Shown here piece after piece: positions 1 through 12,406 of a stretch of 64,000 nucleotides of DNA. Each line of letters begins with the position of its first letter. Positions within the stretch are counted from its first letter, which is position 1. The translations under genes were made by a program, and so were the position numbers. The notes beneath the pieces were generated by a model. It was given only the letters and a program-made list of their open reading frames with translations, ran no database searches and had not been told where the DNA came from. Origin of the DNA: Eledone cirrhosa (taxonomy: Eukaryota); NCBI GenBank assembly GCA_964016885.1, contig OZ024742.1, forward strand, positions 131,688,001-131,752,000, read 5' to 3'.

Positions 1-410
1 ACACTAAAGAGCGGGACGTTCCAAGAAAGGTCTCCAGACGCCGGAAGAAATCAGGCCGCCCTGCTCCTGTCGGGGCATAGACGGCCACTAACCTGAAAGC
101 TTGCTCTTCTCCGCTGGTCACGTCCAGCACCACCAACTTACCTTCTGGGTCCAGGAAGATGGCCCGTATGGCAAGATCCAAACTTCTCCGAAAAAGCACA
201 GCAACTCCTCCCCCCGATCCCGGACGGCTGGGAGATGCGTACACATCGTAGCCGCCGAAGATCGGTGCGAAGGCCCGTGCTTCGGAGATTCTGGTCTCGC
301 TGATAGCCACTACATCTATGTTTAGTGACCTGAGGTCGTTGAGCAGGTGGCCCTGCTTCCATGACGACCCCAAGCCACGCGCATTTATGCTGCCTATTCT
401 GAGTGAGGTC
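1..410 (-). pseudogene. ORF2 N-terminal APE endonuclease of Tx1 copy A, frameshifted near 210
   Basis: Motifs N-x-x-GL, ISET, GGVAVL and VYAP read by hand; frameshift at the C-run near 208-215. Confidence 0.85.
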
Positions 411-937
411 ATGTTGAAAAGGAGTGGAACAGATGGGAAAGACCAATTACCTTACTTCTCGTAGGGGAAGGACGGTTTTTCCATCCTTTTCACTGTTTGT
501 GGCCTCCTCAGGAACGATGTCCTTATAAATCCTTCTGGAGAGTGCTTGTCGGAAGTCTCCGATGTATTTGGGGAATTTTTGTTTTAGTGTCATGTACGTT
601 TTCTGTGTGATGCGAGTGATTTGTATGTGTGGAGGTGGTGTGAATTTTGGGGTTGTTGTGTAGTCTTTTTCTGTGATGCTGGTGTTGTGTTGGATGTAGT
701 GTAATAATTGCTTGTTGTTCAAATTTAATGCTGTGTAGTGTGTATCGTTTTGGTTGTTTTGTTTTGTTTGTGTTTGTTGTGGGTTTGTTTCTGTTTCGCA
801 TTTTTGGTGACTTTTGTGGTGTAGGTTATGGTGGTGTTGGGGTTAATGATGGTGATGGTGTTGGTGTTTGGGTTGATGGGGTTGGTGATGCTGGTATGGA
901 TGGTGGCATATCTGTCCTAACTTTTTTGTTTGTTAAT

Positions 938-1870
938 TTATTTGTTTCCCTCTGTATTTTGTTTTTGGAGGGGGAAGGAAGAGAATTTTTTTCTTTTTTG
1001 GTTTATTTTTATTTTTCCTGATACCGTTTCCCACTCCTCGTCGTCACAATCTGTCTCCAGTTGTGATAGGCTGGGGAGTGGAAAATCCTCCACAGGCGTT
1101 AGTTTTGGTTGTGGCGTGGTGGATGGTGTAGGCGCTGGTGCTAGTTCTGGCGCGTTGGGTGGTGGTGGTGTTGGTTTTGCTGGTGGTGGTGGTGTTGGTT
1201 TTGCTACTGTTGCTGGGGTTGTTGCTGTTATAGTTGCTTCTGTTGTTGCTGCTACAGTTGTTGCTGCCATCTCTGCTACTGGTGGTGTTGATGGTTGTGT
1301 CACTGGGGTGGGTAGGAGAGGTGGCCTCAACCTTTTAGCCTGAGGGCAGAAAGCCCTTAGGTGGGTTCCTTCACCACAAACGACACACCTAGGCCTTCTG
1401 TCCTCGACAATTACGGAGAGGTGGCTGCCGTCAGTGAGGTCTATTATCTCCGGGATCTCCTCAATGCTTTTTTGGTCCGCTTGGATCAGGAGCTCCATCC
1501 CAGATCCGGACCAGTTCTCCTGCTTTTCTTTTGCTATTGCTATTATCTTTGTGTTGGCTTCGATGCCGGCGAGGACGGCCGCTATTAACCAGGGAATTTC
1601 GATGGCCGGTGGAACGTGGGTCACCCTGATCTTTACGAGTCTCTGGCCACAATAGGTTGGGACGAGTGTGAAGTCGTCACTTCTTAATGTGGCCATGGAG
1701 TGTTCTCTAGCCTCCTCTAGTGTTTCAAAGGACACGTCCACGGTTCCATACTTCTGCCCACGTCTGATGTGGGTTTTTCTTGCCCACACATGTCCCAAAA
1801 CTTTTTGGATTTGGGACTCGGATGCCCGTTCCACTCCGCGCGATTTTACATTTATTGTTCTATACGACAC
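938..1870 (-). CDS. ORF1 (Gag-like nucleic-acid-binding protein) of Tx1 copy A, probably split from the upstream 1996-2442 frame
   Basis: CCHC knuckle RCVVCGEGTHLRAFC followed by a Pro/Thr-rich tail. Homologous to the N-terminal part of ORF 7195-7977. Confidence 0.8.
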   Translation of the reverse strand: MSYRTINVKSRGVERASESQIQKVLGHVWARKTHIRRGQKYGTVDVSFETLEEAREHSMATLRSDDFTLVPTYCGQRLVKIRVTHVPPAIEIPWLIAAVLAGIEANTKIIAIAKEKQENWSGSGMELLIQADQKSIEEIPEIIDLTDGSHLSVIVEDRRPRCVVCGEGTHLRAFCPQAKRLRPPLLPTPVTQPSTPPVAEMAATTVAATTEATITATTPATVAKPTPPPPAKPTPPPPNAPELAPAPTPSTTPQPKLTPVEDFPLPSLSQLETDCDDEEWETVSGKIKINQKRKKFSSFPLQKQNTEGNK

Positions 1871-2652
1871 GGTGCATAGGCGCCGATGCTCAATTTTATT
1901 TGGTGGGGGGGGGGGGGTCTGGCCCTGTACCCATCTTTCTTTACCATTTGTTTGGCATTTTCTAAATCCTCCTGAGTTACCGTAAATGCTTCGAACTATT
2001 TTGCTACTCTGGCAAAACTCAGGGTGGTTTTTTTAATGTCATTGTTGTTGTTGTTGCTATCGTTATTTTTGTTATTATTAATTTTAGTTTCAGTTGTGTT
2101 GGTGGTGACGTCAGTGAAAGTCGGTTTGGGAGAGTCTATTTTGGTTGAAAATATTTCGACATCACGAGTTGATTTATTTTTTCCTTTTGTTTCTGTTGTC
2201 GCGGTGGTGGTGGGGGTGGTGGTATTCGCGGTGGTGGTGGTGATGGTGGAGGCTTTAACACCTGCAGTCATTGCTACTGGCGGGAAATGAATGTCTGCCT
2301 GAGACAAATTTAAAATATTGCTACTGCTTATTTTTTTTTTAGTGTTGGCAAACGTAGTAACATTTACAATGGTGGTGTCGGTGTGAGATGTTAATTTGTG
2401 AGGAAGGCTTTCAGCTGCTTGGTGCAGAGGTGAATTAGCCATTGTTTTTTCAAAGAAATTTTTTGATAATCATAAAAGTTTAAATTTTAGGCACAACGCC
2501 CCAATCTTTTTGGGTGTCCTTTTCGGAAAACAATGTATGTGCGCTTATATATAGTTAACAATAAACATTTTCCATAAATGGCAATTTTTAACAAACGGAA
2601 ATAACAAACCTTTGCGGAGCTCACGATCATACGATTTACTACGTAGGTCGCC

Positions 2653-2682
<30 letters not shown>

Positions 2683-2683
<1 letters not shown>

Positions 2684-4582
2684 TAACATCGGATTAAAAA
2701 TATAACATCCCTCCACCCAAAACTGACAACCATGTTCAATGACTGCTTGATGTCAGGTGAGGTACCAGAGTGGTTGACTACAAAAAGGCATTTGACATGG
2801 TGCCTCATTCTTGGATCACCAAAAGCCTAGAGATCTTCAAGGTGACAGATAACATCAGGCAGTTGTTGGGCAAAAGTATGAAGTCCTGGGAAACAGAGTT
2901 AACATCAGCTGGAGAATCCTTGGGAGGCGTGAAGAACAAGAGAGGTATCTTCCAGGGAGATAGTCTGTCCCCTCTGTTGTTTGTCCTTGCCCTGATGCAC
3001 CTCACCATTACACTGCGAAAAATGAGAGCAGGATACAAGTTGAGAAAGGGAGAGCTTACCATCAATCACCTCCTCTTCATGGACGATCTTAAGCTCTTCG
3101 GGAAGAGCGAGAAGGAGTTGGATGTGCTTGTTGACACTGTCCGTATTTTCAGCAATGATATATGTATGCAATTTGGTATTAGTACGTGTGGAGTCCTTGT
3201 GGTGAAGAGGGGTAAATTGAGCAGAAGCAACGGAATCCAGGTGCCAACAGGTGAGATGATACACGAAATTGACACTGAAGAAGGATACAAGTATTTGGGT
3301 GTTCTGGAGGCTGATGACATCAAAAACAAAAAAATGAAGGAATTGATAAGAACAGAATACATTCGGAGAATAAGGAGCGTATTAAAGTCACATCTGAACA
3401 GTAGGAATGCCATAAGTGCAGTAAATTCCCGAGCTTTGTCTATTATTAGGTACAGTGCGGGAATTCTGAGATGGAATGTTGCTGAACAAAAAGAAATGGA
3501 TAGGAAGACTAGGAAATTATTGACTATCTACAACATGTTCCACAAGAGGAGTGATGTCGATAGACTCTACTTAAGGAGATCTGAAGGTGGAAGAGGTATT
3601 ATCAGCATAGAGGACTGTGTTCATGGAGAAAAACAACCTACACAAATACGTGACTGATAGTAAGGAGCCAATGCTCAGAACTGTACAGAAGGAGAGGACA
3701 ATAGACCAGGGGATGTCCAGGGAGGAAATAACAACAAGGAGAAAGAGCAGCCTTCAGGAAAAATCCCTTCATAGTATCTTCTTTGAGAAAACTGAATTCT
3801 GAGATCCACAGACATCGAACTGGTTGAAAAGAGGAGACCTTAAAAAGGCTACAGAAGGAATGTTAATGGCTGCGCAAGAGCAGGCCGCCAAAAGGAAGTG
3901 GTTGAAACACCATATTTAAAAGGAGGAGGCTAGCCCACTGTGCAGGATCTGTGGAGAGAGAGCGGAGACTGTGGCTCACATTGTATCCGAGTGTAAATAG
4001 CTAGCCCAGACTCACTATAAGGGCTGGAGACATGATGTGATGGGCAGGGTGATCCACTGGCACCTATGCAAAGTAAACAATTTACCACATTCTGAGAAGT
4101 GGTATAAGCATAAGCCAGAGTCGGTGATAGAAAACTATCAGGTGAAGGTGCTGTGGGATTTTAGGATACAGACGGACAAGAAACTGGAACACAATAGACC
4201 TGACCTGGTGGTTTTGGACAAAGAAAAAAGATCGTGCCTGATTGTGGATGTGGCCTGCCCATTCGACACGAGAGTGCAAGAGAAGGAGAGGGAGAAAATT
4301 AACCGATACCAGGACTTAAAGTGGGAGGTAAAAAGGATTTGGAACCGCCATGAAGTCAAAGTGGTCCCGATTGTCATAGGCGCACTAGGTACTATCTCTA
4401 AAAGTTTCCAGGGATGGTTAAAGAAAATTGGCCCCTTCACGCTTTTTGGAACGCTTCAAAAGGCATGCTTGCTGGAAACAGCAAGAACCCTCCGATACGT
4501 CCTGAATATCTGAGGCTGCAGGTAGTGGCTTGATATTGATTACAACAAACTTTCCAGTTAACTAACATCAATGACTGAGACT
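2683..4582 (+). mobile_element. R4/Dong-like RLE non-LTR retrotransposon, 5'-truncated, internally deleted, decayed (copy 1)
   Basis: RT motifs DYKKAFD, GIFQGDSLSP and HLLFMDD (ORF 2770-3657). CCHC-type C-R-I-C..H..C at ~3940-3995, RHD, and RLE core NRPD..D..EREK..Y (ORF 4037-4513). Followed by an A18+(TAA)n tail. Confidence 0.92.
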
Positions 4583-4619
4583 AAAAAAAAAAAAAAAAAA
4601 TAATAATAATAATAATAAT

Positions 4620-6198
4620 AAATGCGCCAAAGCAACGTTCACCAGAGGGAAGCTGCTGAAAAGTTCAGACATTAAGCTTAATCGAGGGAATGTGATAAGA
4701 GAACTTGATCAAGAGGAAACTTACAAATATCTAGGTGTTTGTGAAGGAGACGGAATCAAGGACTCGACAATGAGGGAAAGGATAAGTAAGGAATGTTACC
4801 GCAGAGTAAGAGCTATCTTAATAACGGAATTGAATGCAAGGAATAGGATCGATGCCATAAACACGCTTGCCATACCAGTAGTAACCTACAATTACAATGT
4901 CATCAACTGGTCAAGCACAGAGATCCGTAGGCTCGATACAAAAATTCGAAAATTCTTAACCATGCACAGAATGCATCACCCTAAGGCAGATACAGATAGA
5001 ATATATCTCCCCAGGAAAGAAGGAGGACGTGGCTTAATCCAGTTAGACATTGCGTCGAAAACTGCAACAATTGGATTATCTACATATCTAAGGGAATCAC
5101 ATGATTGGATGATCAAACTCGTTTTGAAACACGAAAGCATCAAAAGATCATACTCCATTACAAAAGATGCACAAAGATACAGTAATGGACTACAAATTTC
5201 AGAAGTCCCATTTACTGCTGAAATGAAAAACACAGAAAAAGCAAAGCAGGTAAAAGTAACTGCAAAGAAAGAACTGCTACAGAAACTGGCTAAGAAATGG
5301 CAAGAAAAGCCTCTGTATGGAAAATACCCAGAACGAGCTAACAATCCTGATGTTGACAACATTTTAACCCATCAGTGGTTGGCATCCTCTGGACTGAAAT
5401 CGGAGACTGAAGGACTGATTATATCAGCACAAGATTAGTGTATGTCAACAAAAAATTACCAAGCCAACATAATAAAAAATGGATGCAGCCCATTATTCCG
5501 TGTATGTAAAAAACAACCAGAGACCATTGACCATATAATTTCAATGTGCAGTCCTATAGCTCCAACCGAATACCTAAACAGGCATGACAGAGCTGCACGA
5601 TACATACATTGGATAATGTGTAAGCATTTTGACCTGCCCCATCAAAAGAATTGGTGGGAGCATCAACCACCTCCCATACTTGAAAAAGATCACATCTCAA
5701 TCTTGTGAAACTTTAGCATCCAAACAGACCGAAAAATAGATGCAAATAGACCTGATATAATACTGAAGGACTTTGAAAATGCCTGCTAATTGATATGTCC
5801 GTTCCAATAGACAAGAATGTATCTATAAAAACATTTGAAAAATTGATCAAGTATAAGGAACTGGAGATAGAAATTGGAAAAATGTGGAAATTGAGAACTA
5901 AAACAATGCCAGTGGTTGTAGGCGCTCTAGGAATGATACTTAAGGGGTCTAATGATTACTTATCGCAAATCCCAGGAAACCCGCGTATAGGAGAAATACA
6001 AAAGATAGTACTAATGGGAACTGCCCATATACTAAGGAAGATTCTGTCAATATAAGTACATCACAAGTCTAAACACTAAAGATGCATGTGTGAGTATGTA
6101 TGTTCTTTCTTGAACATGGCGGACCTTGTTGTCTCTTGAGGTCACTGGTTGTGACTTGGTGATAACTTGTATGAACCTAAAGCAAGATAAATGCAACT

Positions 6199-6200
<2 letters not shown>
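4620..6200 (+). mobile_element. R4/Dong-like RLE non-LTR retrotransposon, 5'-truncated (copy 2, a different family)
   Basis: YKYLG, RIYLPRKEGGRGL, ETEGLIISAQD, RHD, ANRPD and PVVVGALG across ORFs 4692-5438, 5442-5708 and 5795-6055. (TAA)n on both sides. Confidence 0.92.
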
Positions 6201-6236
<36 letters not shown>

Positions 6237-6238
<2 letters not shown>

Positions 6239-8903
6239 TTTCATTTATTAGCCACAAGGGCCGACATGTAGAGGACAATACAAAGACAGGGACAGTGGGG
6301 TTTACAATAAGTCGAGTAAAAGTGCACAATGGCAAGACTAATTTAACAATGAAAATATAAAAATATAAAATAAACTATGCATAAATATAACAAAATAAAT
6401 TCCCGGATAGGAGGTGGACGACCCTGGGGTGACTCGGAACACCACCAATCCTGAACCAAACTGCGCTTCTGGGGCACCCAGGGAGAGCACTCCTCTCCTC
6501 AAGTTAGCTAGCCTATAGGCGCATTGTCAGAGTAGACCCATTCACACGAGCCATTCTCGCCACATTCAGCCACCTTTTAGCTAATGTACAGGGGGGCAGC
6601 ACTTCTCTCTCCACCATCACCTTCCTTTCCAGGTGAAACTCGAAGAAGTTGATGAGGGATTGGCCGAAAAGAAAAGTGTCTGTCTTCAGTCCTTTTAACC
6701 AGGTCCACTATATAACCTCTTTAGCAACTGCCACCTGACAGAGGAAAATGTCCTGCTCTTCCTGACCGAAGGAAGGCGGTGGATCGATCTTCACTATGGA
6801 CTTGGCAGATAGCCGGATTCGACCACACGCGACAGTAGGTGTTCGACATAACTCCACAAGTCAGTAATGCATGGACATTGGACAAATGCGTGCAGAACGG
6901 TTTCGTCGTTCTGTGAGCATTTTGGCAGGTCCGTCTGACAGCACTTCTGTGCCTGTAGAGTTTATCCCAAACCGGCAGTGCCCCCCGGTAGCACTGCCAA
7001 GCGAGGGATTTCTGGAAATTGTCCATCGTCCCCGGCTCAAAAGTCCTCCGGTACAGACTGGTCATTTCGATTTCGTCGAGGCCCAAAGCTTCTCCGAGTG
7101 CGTCATCGCACTTGCCCACCACTAATCCTCTATAGAACTCGAGAGTAGAAGTTCCACTGATCGCATTGCTCACTTGGTAGAAGGCAGTGAGTGCCTAGCA
7201 ACATTCTAGGTGCCAGTCACCCAGTCTTGGTCTCTTCTTGACACAGGACTGCAGCTCAGTCAAAGAAACGAGCTGCGGAAAGGCCCATCTGATAAACGGC
7301 GACCACACCTGTTCACCGTTTAGGCAGAATATCTGGAGATGGCCCAGCCTCAGCGCATATCTGCGCATCATTAGCCACGGCATGCCCAGCCCTCCGCTTA
7401 GAGGGTGCTGGCAGCAGATGGACCGCCTCACCAACGGAACTTGTCCTCTCCACAAAAATTTGAAGAGGGGCGGTTCCAACTTGACGAGGCGCGGACGGGG
7501 GCAAGGCACAACGGTCAGGCGGTAGTAGATGACGGACGGGATGTACGCATTCGCCACCTCCGCGGGACCTTTCAGCGATAGCTTCCACCCTGCCCATTTT
7601 TGGGTGAGACTGGCTACTCTGCTCGTTACCTTGTCCCAATTCTTTTCCACCTGGAGGTCTGGTCCGAACCAAACCCCGAGCAACTTTACCCGTCCGTCCG
7701 ACCAGCGCCCCACGACGCTGCAGGCGGGCAAAATCCGGGAAGTTGTCATGTCCTCCGGTTTCATTTGGAGAAGAATCATCAAATCCATTCCGGACCAGTC
7801 CTCTCTCTCTGTCCTTTTGATATCCAGGAGGGTAGTGTCTGTCCCCTCCTCGATTACGCATCCCAGCAGCCACCATATGTTCATTCCTGGTGGGATGCTG
7901 GGAATGCGTACCTTTACTGTCCTTTTACCCATGTAGGACGGATGCATGATAATGCGTTCCGTTCTGCAGGGGGTCACCGTGTGCTTAATAGTGAGGGTCT
8001 CGGTTGAGAGCAGTACCGAGATGGTACCGCCTGTTTGCCTCTTGCTTTATACTCTATGTTACTTCCAATGTACTCCCAAGCAGCCTCGACCTCTGCTTCG
8101 CTGGCAAGTTCCACTTTTCGTGTCTGCACCTAAATGCATTGAAAGAACACCGTCCTCCTTTGCATGGCCGCTATTGCCTCGTCCGGGATGGTCAGGTTTT
8201 CTCAGGACTTCTCCCGTTTAATTAGCCTCCACGCTTGGGCCAACTGTGCGTCTTTATCGCTAATATCAATATCAATATTCAATAAGCGCTTTGTTTTAGC
8301 TGCTGTTGCAGCAAATGTGGTGCTTCTGATGCTCTGGTTGTTGGTGTTGTCATTCTTTCTGTTTTTATTGGTGTTGTTGTTGTTTTGTTTGTTGATGCCG
8401 TTGCCACCGCCATCCGTGTTTACAGTGAAGCTGTCGGTGTTATTGTCGTTATTGCTCTGAATTGTTGTTGTTGTTGTGGTGGTGATGTCGTGTTCAGATG
8501 ATACGGCTGCTATCACAGAAGGTTGTGATGGTAGCTTTTTAGTGTTGCCTTCACATTCAGTAGAGTGGATGACAGGCATGACTGTAGCCGTCGTAGTCGT
8601 GGTGAAATCTACAGTGGCTGCCTTTAAACTTTTGACCTGAACGTTGTTTACCGTTTCAAGGTCGAAAATTTCCCTAATTTTGTTTTTTGGTGGGGAAGCG
8701 AGTTTTTCCGAAGTTTTTAAAAAATAATTCTGAATATTCGGGCTTAAAGCCCGAATATTTAGAGGTATCCCTCTCTTTAAATCAAGATGTGTACCTTAAG
8801 TTTCGTTAACGACAAGAAAATACAAAAAATGACACTTTAAAACAGCTTAAAGTTACGAACCTTTTCCCCCGCAGATTTGTACTGTATTCACACATGTGCG
8901 GAC
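6237..8903 (-). mobile_element. Tx1-like element (copy B): both ends kept, large internal deletion fusing ORF1 to the ORF2 C-terminus
   Basis: 5' end abuts (AAT)n at 8904. The 3' end reads CCCTTGTGGCTAATAAATGAAATC(ATT)n. ORF 7195-7977 switches from ORF1 homology to KLLGVWFG..GGLGMP, and ORF 6721-7173 matches the ORF2 C-terminus of the 53 kb copy. Confidence 0.9.
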
Positions 8904-8994
8904 ATAATAATAATAATAATAATAATAACGACAACAACAACAACAACAACAATAATGATATATACATATATATATATATACACGCACACACACA

Positions 8995-11015
8995 ATAGCA
9001 ATTAACAGCGCTGCGATCGAATGTGGCTTTTTAGTCTAGCCAATGATCTAAAATGTCTTGCACAGAGTTGGCAACCAAAATATTCACTGGGAATAGTCGG
9101 CTGTGGTTAGAGTTCATGTACTTTTGCTTGTCGTTTGAGCCCTCCTGCTGATTTACATTCTCTACCACATGTTTGGCAAGTATGACGAGTAGCATCTCCA
9201 ACTGCAGCCTGGTAGTCAACCACTGGTCTCACTTTATGAATGAGAAGATGACTTTTGAGTTCAGATTTGCTTAGGCAGAGTATCGCACAGATGCTGCATG
9301 TCAGCGCCATAGGAGGACCTTCGCCGTCTGGAAATGCAGCAGTAATGCCCTTCCTCACATCCCGCTTTACTTTCTCGTATGCGTTTCGAGATGCCTCAAA
9401 GGCATATTTCCCCTCATATACAGTCTTTCTTTATTTATTACGATCAGTAGCAACATTTTCCCATGTATCAGCAGAGATGTTAGCGTCTTTCAAAGAGGCT
9501 TTCAAGGAATCCTTATACCTCTTTTTTGGTTTATGTGGAGGTCGTTTTCCTTTAACTAACTCTCCATAAAAGAGTTGTTTTGGTATTCTAGAATCCTTCA
9601 TCCTGGCAAGGTGACCACTCCAATGGAGTCTTTGCTTAACACAGAGAGCTTTCCAAAATCTCGATATCACTGATCCGTCTAAGACACATCTGATGGAAAC
9701 GCTCCAATTGCTTAAGGTGGTGTCGATATGTGACCCAGGTCAAGCAGCCATAAAGAAGGGAAGAAAGCACATATATCCTGCACACCTTTACCTTTGTCTT
9801 CCTGCATATGTCTGGCCGACTCCAAGAGTCACATTTCTAGCTTTCCTAATTCTGAGTGGGATTTCATTATCAAGGTTACTGTATCGATTGACAATGCTTC
9901 CCAGGTAGACAAACTGATCAACCACTCCAAGTCGTTTACCATACACATAGATATTTGGTCCACTATACTGCCTACAAGGGGCAGGTGGTACATGTCGAAG
10001 GTTTTCTTGAGACTGACAGTCAATCCTGTGGCAGTGCAAGCATAATAAAATGCATTCAAAAATGCATATCACTCTCTGTGTGCGCTACAAGATCGCAATC
10101 ACCTGCATATAAGAGGTCTCTTATGATTGATCTAAATACTTTTGTTTTTGCAGCAAAGCGCCTGATATTAAATATGCTGCCTGAGGTTCGATATTGGATA
10201 TAAACACCATGCTCTCAATTTCTGAATACAATATAGAAAACCATTGCAAAGTATATGCAAACAGGGTGGGTGCTGGAATATACCCCTGCTTCACTCTATT
10301 TTTTTTTTACTGAGATAGGCTCTGACATGTTACCTCCGACATTAACCCAAGCCTTCATGTCATGGAAAGACCAAACCAAAGCAATGAACTTATAAAAGCA
10401 ACCAAGTTTCTAGAGAACCTTCAATAATGCAATTATGTTAACAGTATCGAAAAGGTTTGTCAGATCGACAAAAAGCTGATACAGATCCAAAACTTGTTCC
10501 ATGCACTTCTCGAGCTGTCTAGCTGAGAAAATCATATCCGTAGTGCAGCATCAGGCACGAAAACCAGATTGTCTTTCAGGAAGAACACAATCTGCAATGT
10601 GTCTCAGCAGACGGTCCGGAAGCACCCTACATAAAACTTTCCCTACGACAGAGAGCAATGATATACCTCTGTAATTCCCACAATCATTCCTGTTACCCTT
10701 TCCCTTGTACAAGACCACCATTACTGCATCTCTCCAGTCCTCATTAGACCATATCCTGACAAACAGAGAGCGAAGATGTTGCAGAAGTATCTCACTACCA
10801 TAGTGTAGGAGCTCTGCATGTATGCCATCCATACCTGGAGACCTTCCTCTGTTCAGCTTCGAGATAACTACTGCAACCCCCACAAGCGTCGGAGGTTCTG
10901 CGAGAGCTACTTTCACAGGATTTTCTCTAATGAGATTGAGGAAATCTTCATTGACGACAGACGGCTGATTCAAAAGTTCATGAAAGGGCTCTCGCCACCT
11001 TCGTAGAATTCCTTG
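8995..11015 (-). mobile_element. RTE-clade LINE, 5'-truncated and decayed
   Basis: SPGMDGIHAE, KGKGNRNDCGNYRGISLL, QSGFR, LLYAGD (degenerate YADD), FVYLGS, RLHWSGHLARM..PKQLFYGEL, two C-terminal C2H2-like fingers and a (TG)n-type tail. Confidence 0.92.
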
Positions 11016-11084
11016 TCGAGACGGCTTGAGCTCTGCAGTCGGGATTCTGACTCTTTTCCTATATATGTATATATATATATATAT

Positions 11085-11397
11085 ATACGATATTAAACAA
11101 ATGGAAACTACAAATGGAAACTACCATAACAACTTTTTAAATGGAAGTTGTAAACTTTTTTAAGGTATGTCAAATTTACTTATAAAACTGTTTATATATT
11201 GTATTTTGTCTGAAGAGGGCATACCATATTTTTAATATGATATCCCTGAAATATATATAATGAAATAAATATGGTTTTATAAATGTAGTTTCCATTTGTT
11301 TAATATCGTAAAATACTCCAAAACCTGTTGAGTGCTTTTATATCAGTTATAAAATATTTACTCGTTGTAACCCAACAATTTTAAATAAAACTTTTGC

Positions 11398-11400
<3 letters not shown>
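11085..11400 (+). mobile_element. Penelope-like pLTR fragment with a short inverted terminal segment, lying between (TA)n tracts
   Basis: Contains hammerhead H1. 11085-11108 is the inverted copy of ~11285-11310. Its 3' flank is shared with 60960-61070. Confidence 0.7.
11202..11267 (+). ncRNA. Minimal type-I hammerhead ribozyme H1
   Basis: Stem I UAUUUUGU/AUGAAAUA, CUGAAGA, paired stem II, GAAA, palindrome UAUAUA, UA cleavage site (after 11259). Confidence 0.8.
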
Positions 11401-11435
<35 letters not shown>

Positions 11436-11544
11436 AATGAATAATAACAGGTAGACATCATAACTCGTAGAGTAACCTCTCACCGTACGTCAACCATATC
11501 CAGTGTAGTAATTAACCATTACTACATCTTGGATAATCCTATAC

Positions 11545-11589
<45 letters not shown>

Positions 11590-12180
11590 TAAAATTGGCG
11601 AGCTGTTTTCTTGCAAATATGACATATATTATAAAGAATTAGAACTAGAAGCCTGGACTATCCATCATCAGTCGTCTACTAGCCATGATATGTATTTCTT
11701 CGCATTACAGACCATATACCTCAGGCTAGGGCAATACAATAACTAAATTAAATTATTGGGATAAAACGAGTTGGGTGGAGAAAGAGAGACAGGTAAATAA
11801 ACACGAATGGTGAGGCAACGTAAAGAGAGGAAAAAATGAGAAAATCAAGTCAATGATTCATTTTGAACATAAGAACGTGGGAATATTGACGAGAAGGCAA
11901 AAGACACATCTTCGCCGTGCGAATGTGAGCGAGTAAAGAATGGCGTACGGTGTGGGACGATGGAGGAAGTGAGAGAGACGGTGAGTAGCAGAGAGTGAGT
12001 GAGTGACAGTGTGAGGAAGAGGCCAGCTGAGAGAGGGTGATTAGCAGAGGGGGTGAGTGAAAGTAAGAGGGAGAAGGAGAGAGAAAGAGGATAGCAGTAA
12101 GGGAAGATAAAAAGACAGGTCACAGCGAAGGGGAAAGCATATATGATGAAAAATGGCGAGCTGTGTGGTTGCATATAATG
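11590..12180 (-). mobile_element. Non-coding element with short terminal direct repeats, homologous to 24441-25040; probably Penelope-derived
   Basis: Shares TGCAACCAC..CAGC.CGCCATTTTTCAT, a pyrimidine-rich body and GCGAAGAAATAC..CTGATGA with the 24.4-25.0 kb element. Confidence 0.55.
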
Positions 12181-12184
12181 AAAT

Positions 12185-12318
12185 ATTAGCTGTCGAAACG
12201 GCCGGAGCTTAGCCGCAGGGGTCCTGATTCTTTTCCTGTTACCCACTCTACAACTCTAAGTATCGAGTACTCTGATGCGTTTTGGTCCACCTGGTTCCTT
12301 ACCACACTTCCTTCGTTG

Positions 12319-12320
<2 letters not shown>
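12185..12320 (+). repeat. Dispersed ~140-bp (TA)n-associated repeat, pLTR-end-like. Other copies: 11015-11060, 21490-21668, 37807-37943, 38041-38094, 61093-61232
   Basis: Shared sequence GTCGAAACGGC..GAGCTCAGC.GTCGGGGTC.TACT.GTTCC.ATTACCCACTCTAC..CCACCTGGTTCCTTACCACA.TTCCTTCGTT; every copy abuts (TA)n. Confidence 0.8.

Positions 12321-12406
<86 letters not shown>

Larger units (their letters stand above)
1..2652 (-). mobile_element. Tx1-like (L1 clade) non-LTR retrotransposon, 5' part (copy A); runs off the left window edge
   Basis: 5' end abuts (AAT)n at 2653. ORF1 pieces at 2442-1996 and 1870-938. Manual translation of ~410-1 (-) gives an APE endonuclease N-terminus (SINARGL..DVVAISET..GGVAVLF..GKLVVLDV..RLVAVYAP). 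Confidence 0.9.
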
